Part shown: positions 63,686 through 64,000 of the stretch, piece after piece
Numbering within the stretch: position 1 is the first letter of the stretch
How the letters are laid out: each line of letters opens with the position of its first letter
Assembly: GCF_006345805.1 (NCBI RefSeq)
Contig: NC_043001.1
Location: 100,316,001 to 100,380,000, forward strand
Reading direction: 5' to 3'
DNA length: 64,000 nucleotides
From: Octopus sinensis
Lineage: Eukaryota
The notes under the pieces: model-generated
The model's database searches: none
What the model was told of the DNA's origin: nothing
Seen by the model: only the letters and a program-made list of their open reading frames with translations
Translations under genes and position numbers: made by a program

Positions 63686-63733
<48 letters not shown>

Positions 63734-63950
63734 ATGCATATATCTTTATGTTTTTTGTTTGTCCTCCACTACCGCTTAACAACCAGTGTTGGTGTGTTTA
63801 CATCCCAGTAACTTAGCAGATCAGTAAAAGAGACTGATAGAATAAATACCAGGCTTTACAAAGAGATAAAAAGTGATTTGTTCAACTAAAATTCTTCAAG
63901 GCACTGCCCCAATATGGCCACAATCTAGTGACTGAAAGAAGTAAAAAGGT
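63470..63950 (+). mobile_element. SINE family A
   Basis: Colinear with 31971-32380. Confidence 0.9.
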
Positions 63951-64000
63951 AAGATTTTGGTAGTGTAAGACTTCGGTTATTATGCCAGAGTTGTTAGAAT

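Overview
Repeat-dense, AT-rich eukaryotic (animal) DNA. The SINE, LINE and microsatellite content looks like an octopod cephalopod genome (inference from repeat families, not a database result). I see no intact host protein-coding gene, so the window is probably intronic or intergenic. Almost all supplied ORFs are microsatellite artefacts or decayed transposon fragments. Content: three tRNA-derived SINE families; RTE-clade LINE fragments whose 3' UTR carries tandem structured units and a (GAT)n tail; a CR1/L2-like 3' end; R4/Dong-like (RLE) and L1/Tx1-like fragments; two Tc1/mariner relics; a piggyBac-type MITE; a Helentron/HINE-like element; and a Penelope-like element (PLE) GIY-YIG fragment. 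The most notable signals are: (1) at least four hammerhead-ribozyme-like motifs from different sequence families, located in or beside inverted-repeat elements at microsatellites; (2) two adjacent near-perfect fold-back palindromes with ~94-bp arms; (3) an ~11-unit GC-rich A/B tandem array of pseudoknot-like units in an RTE 3' UTR. Repeat boundaries were read by eye and are approximate.
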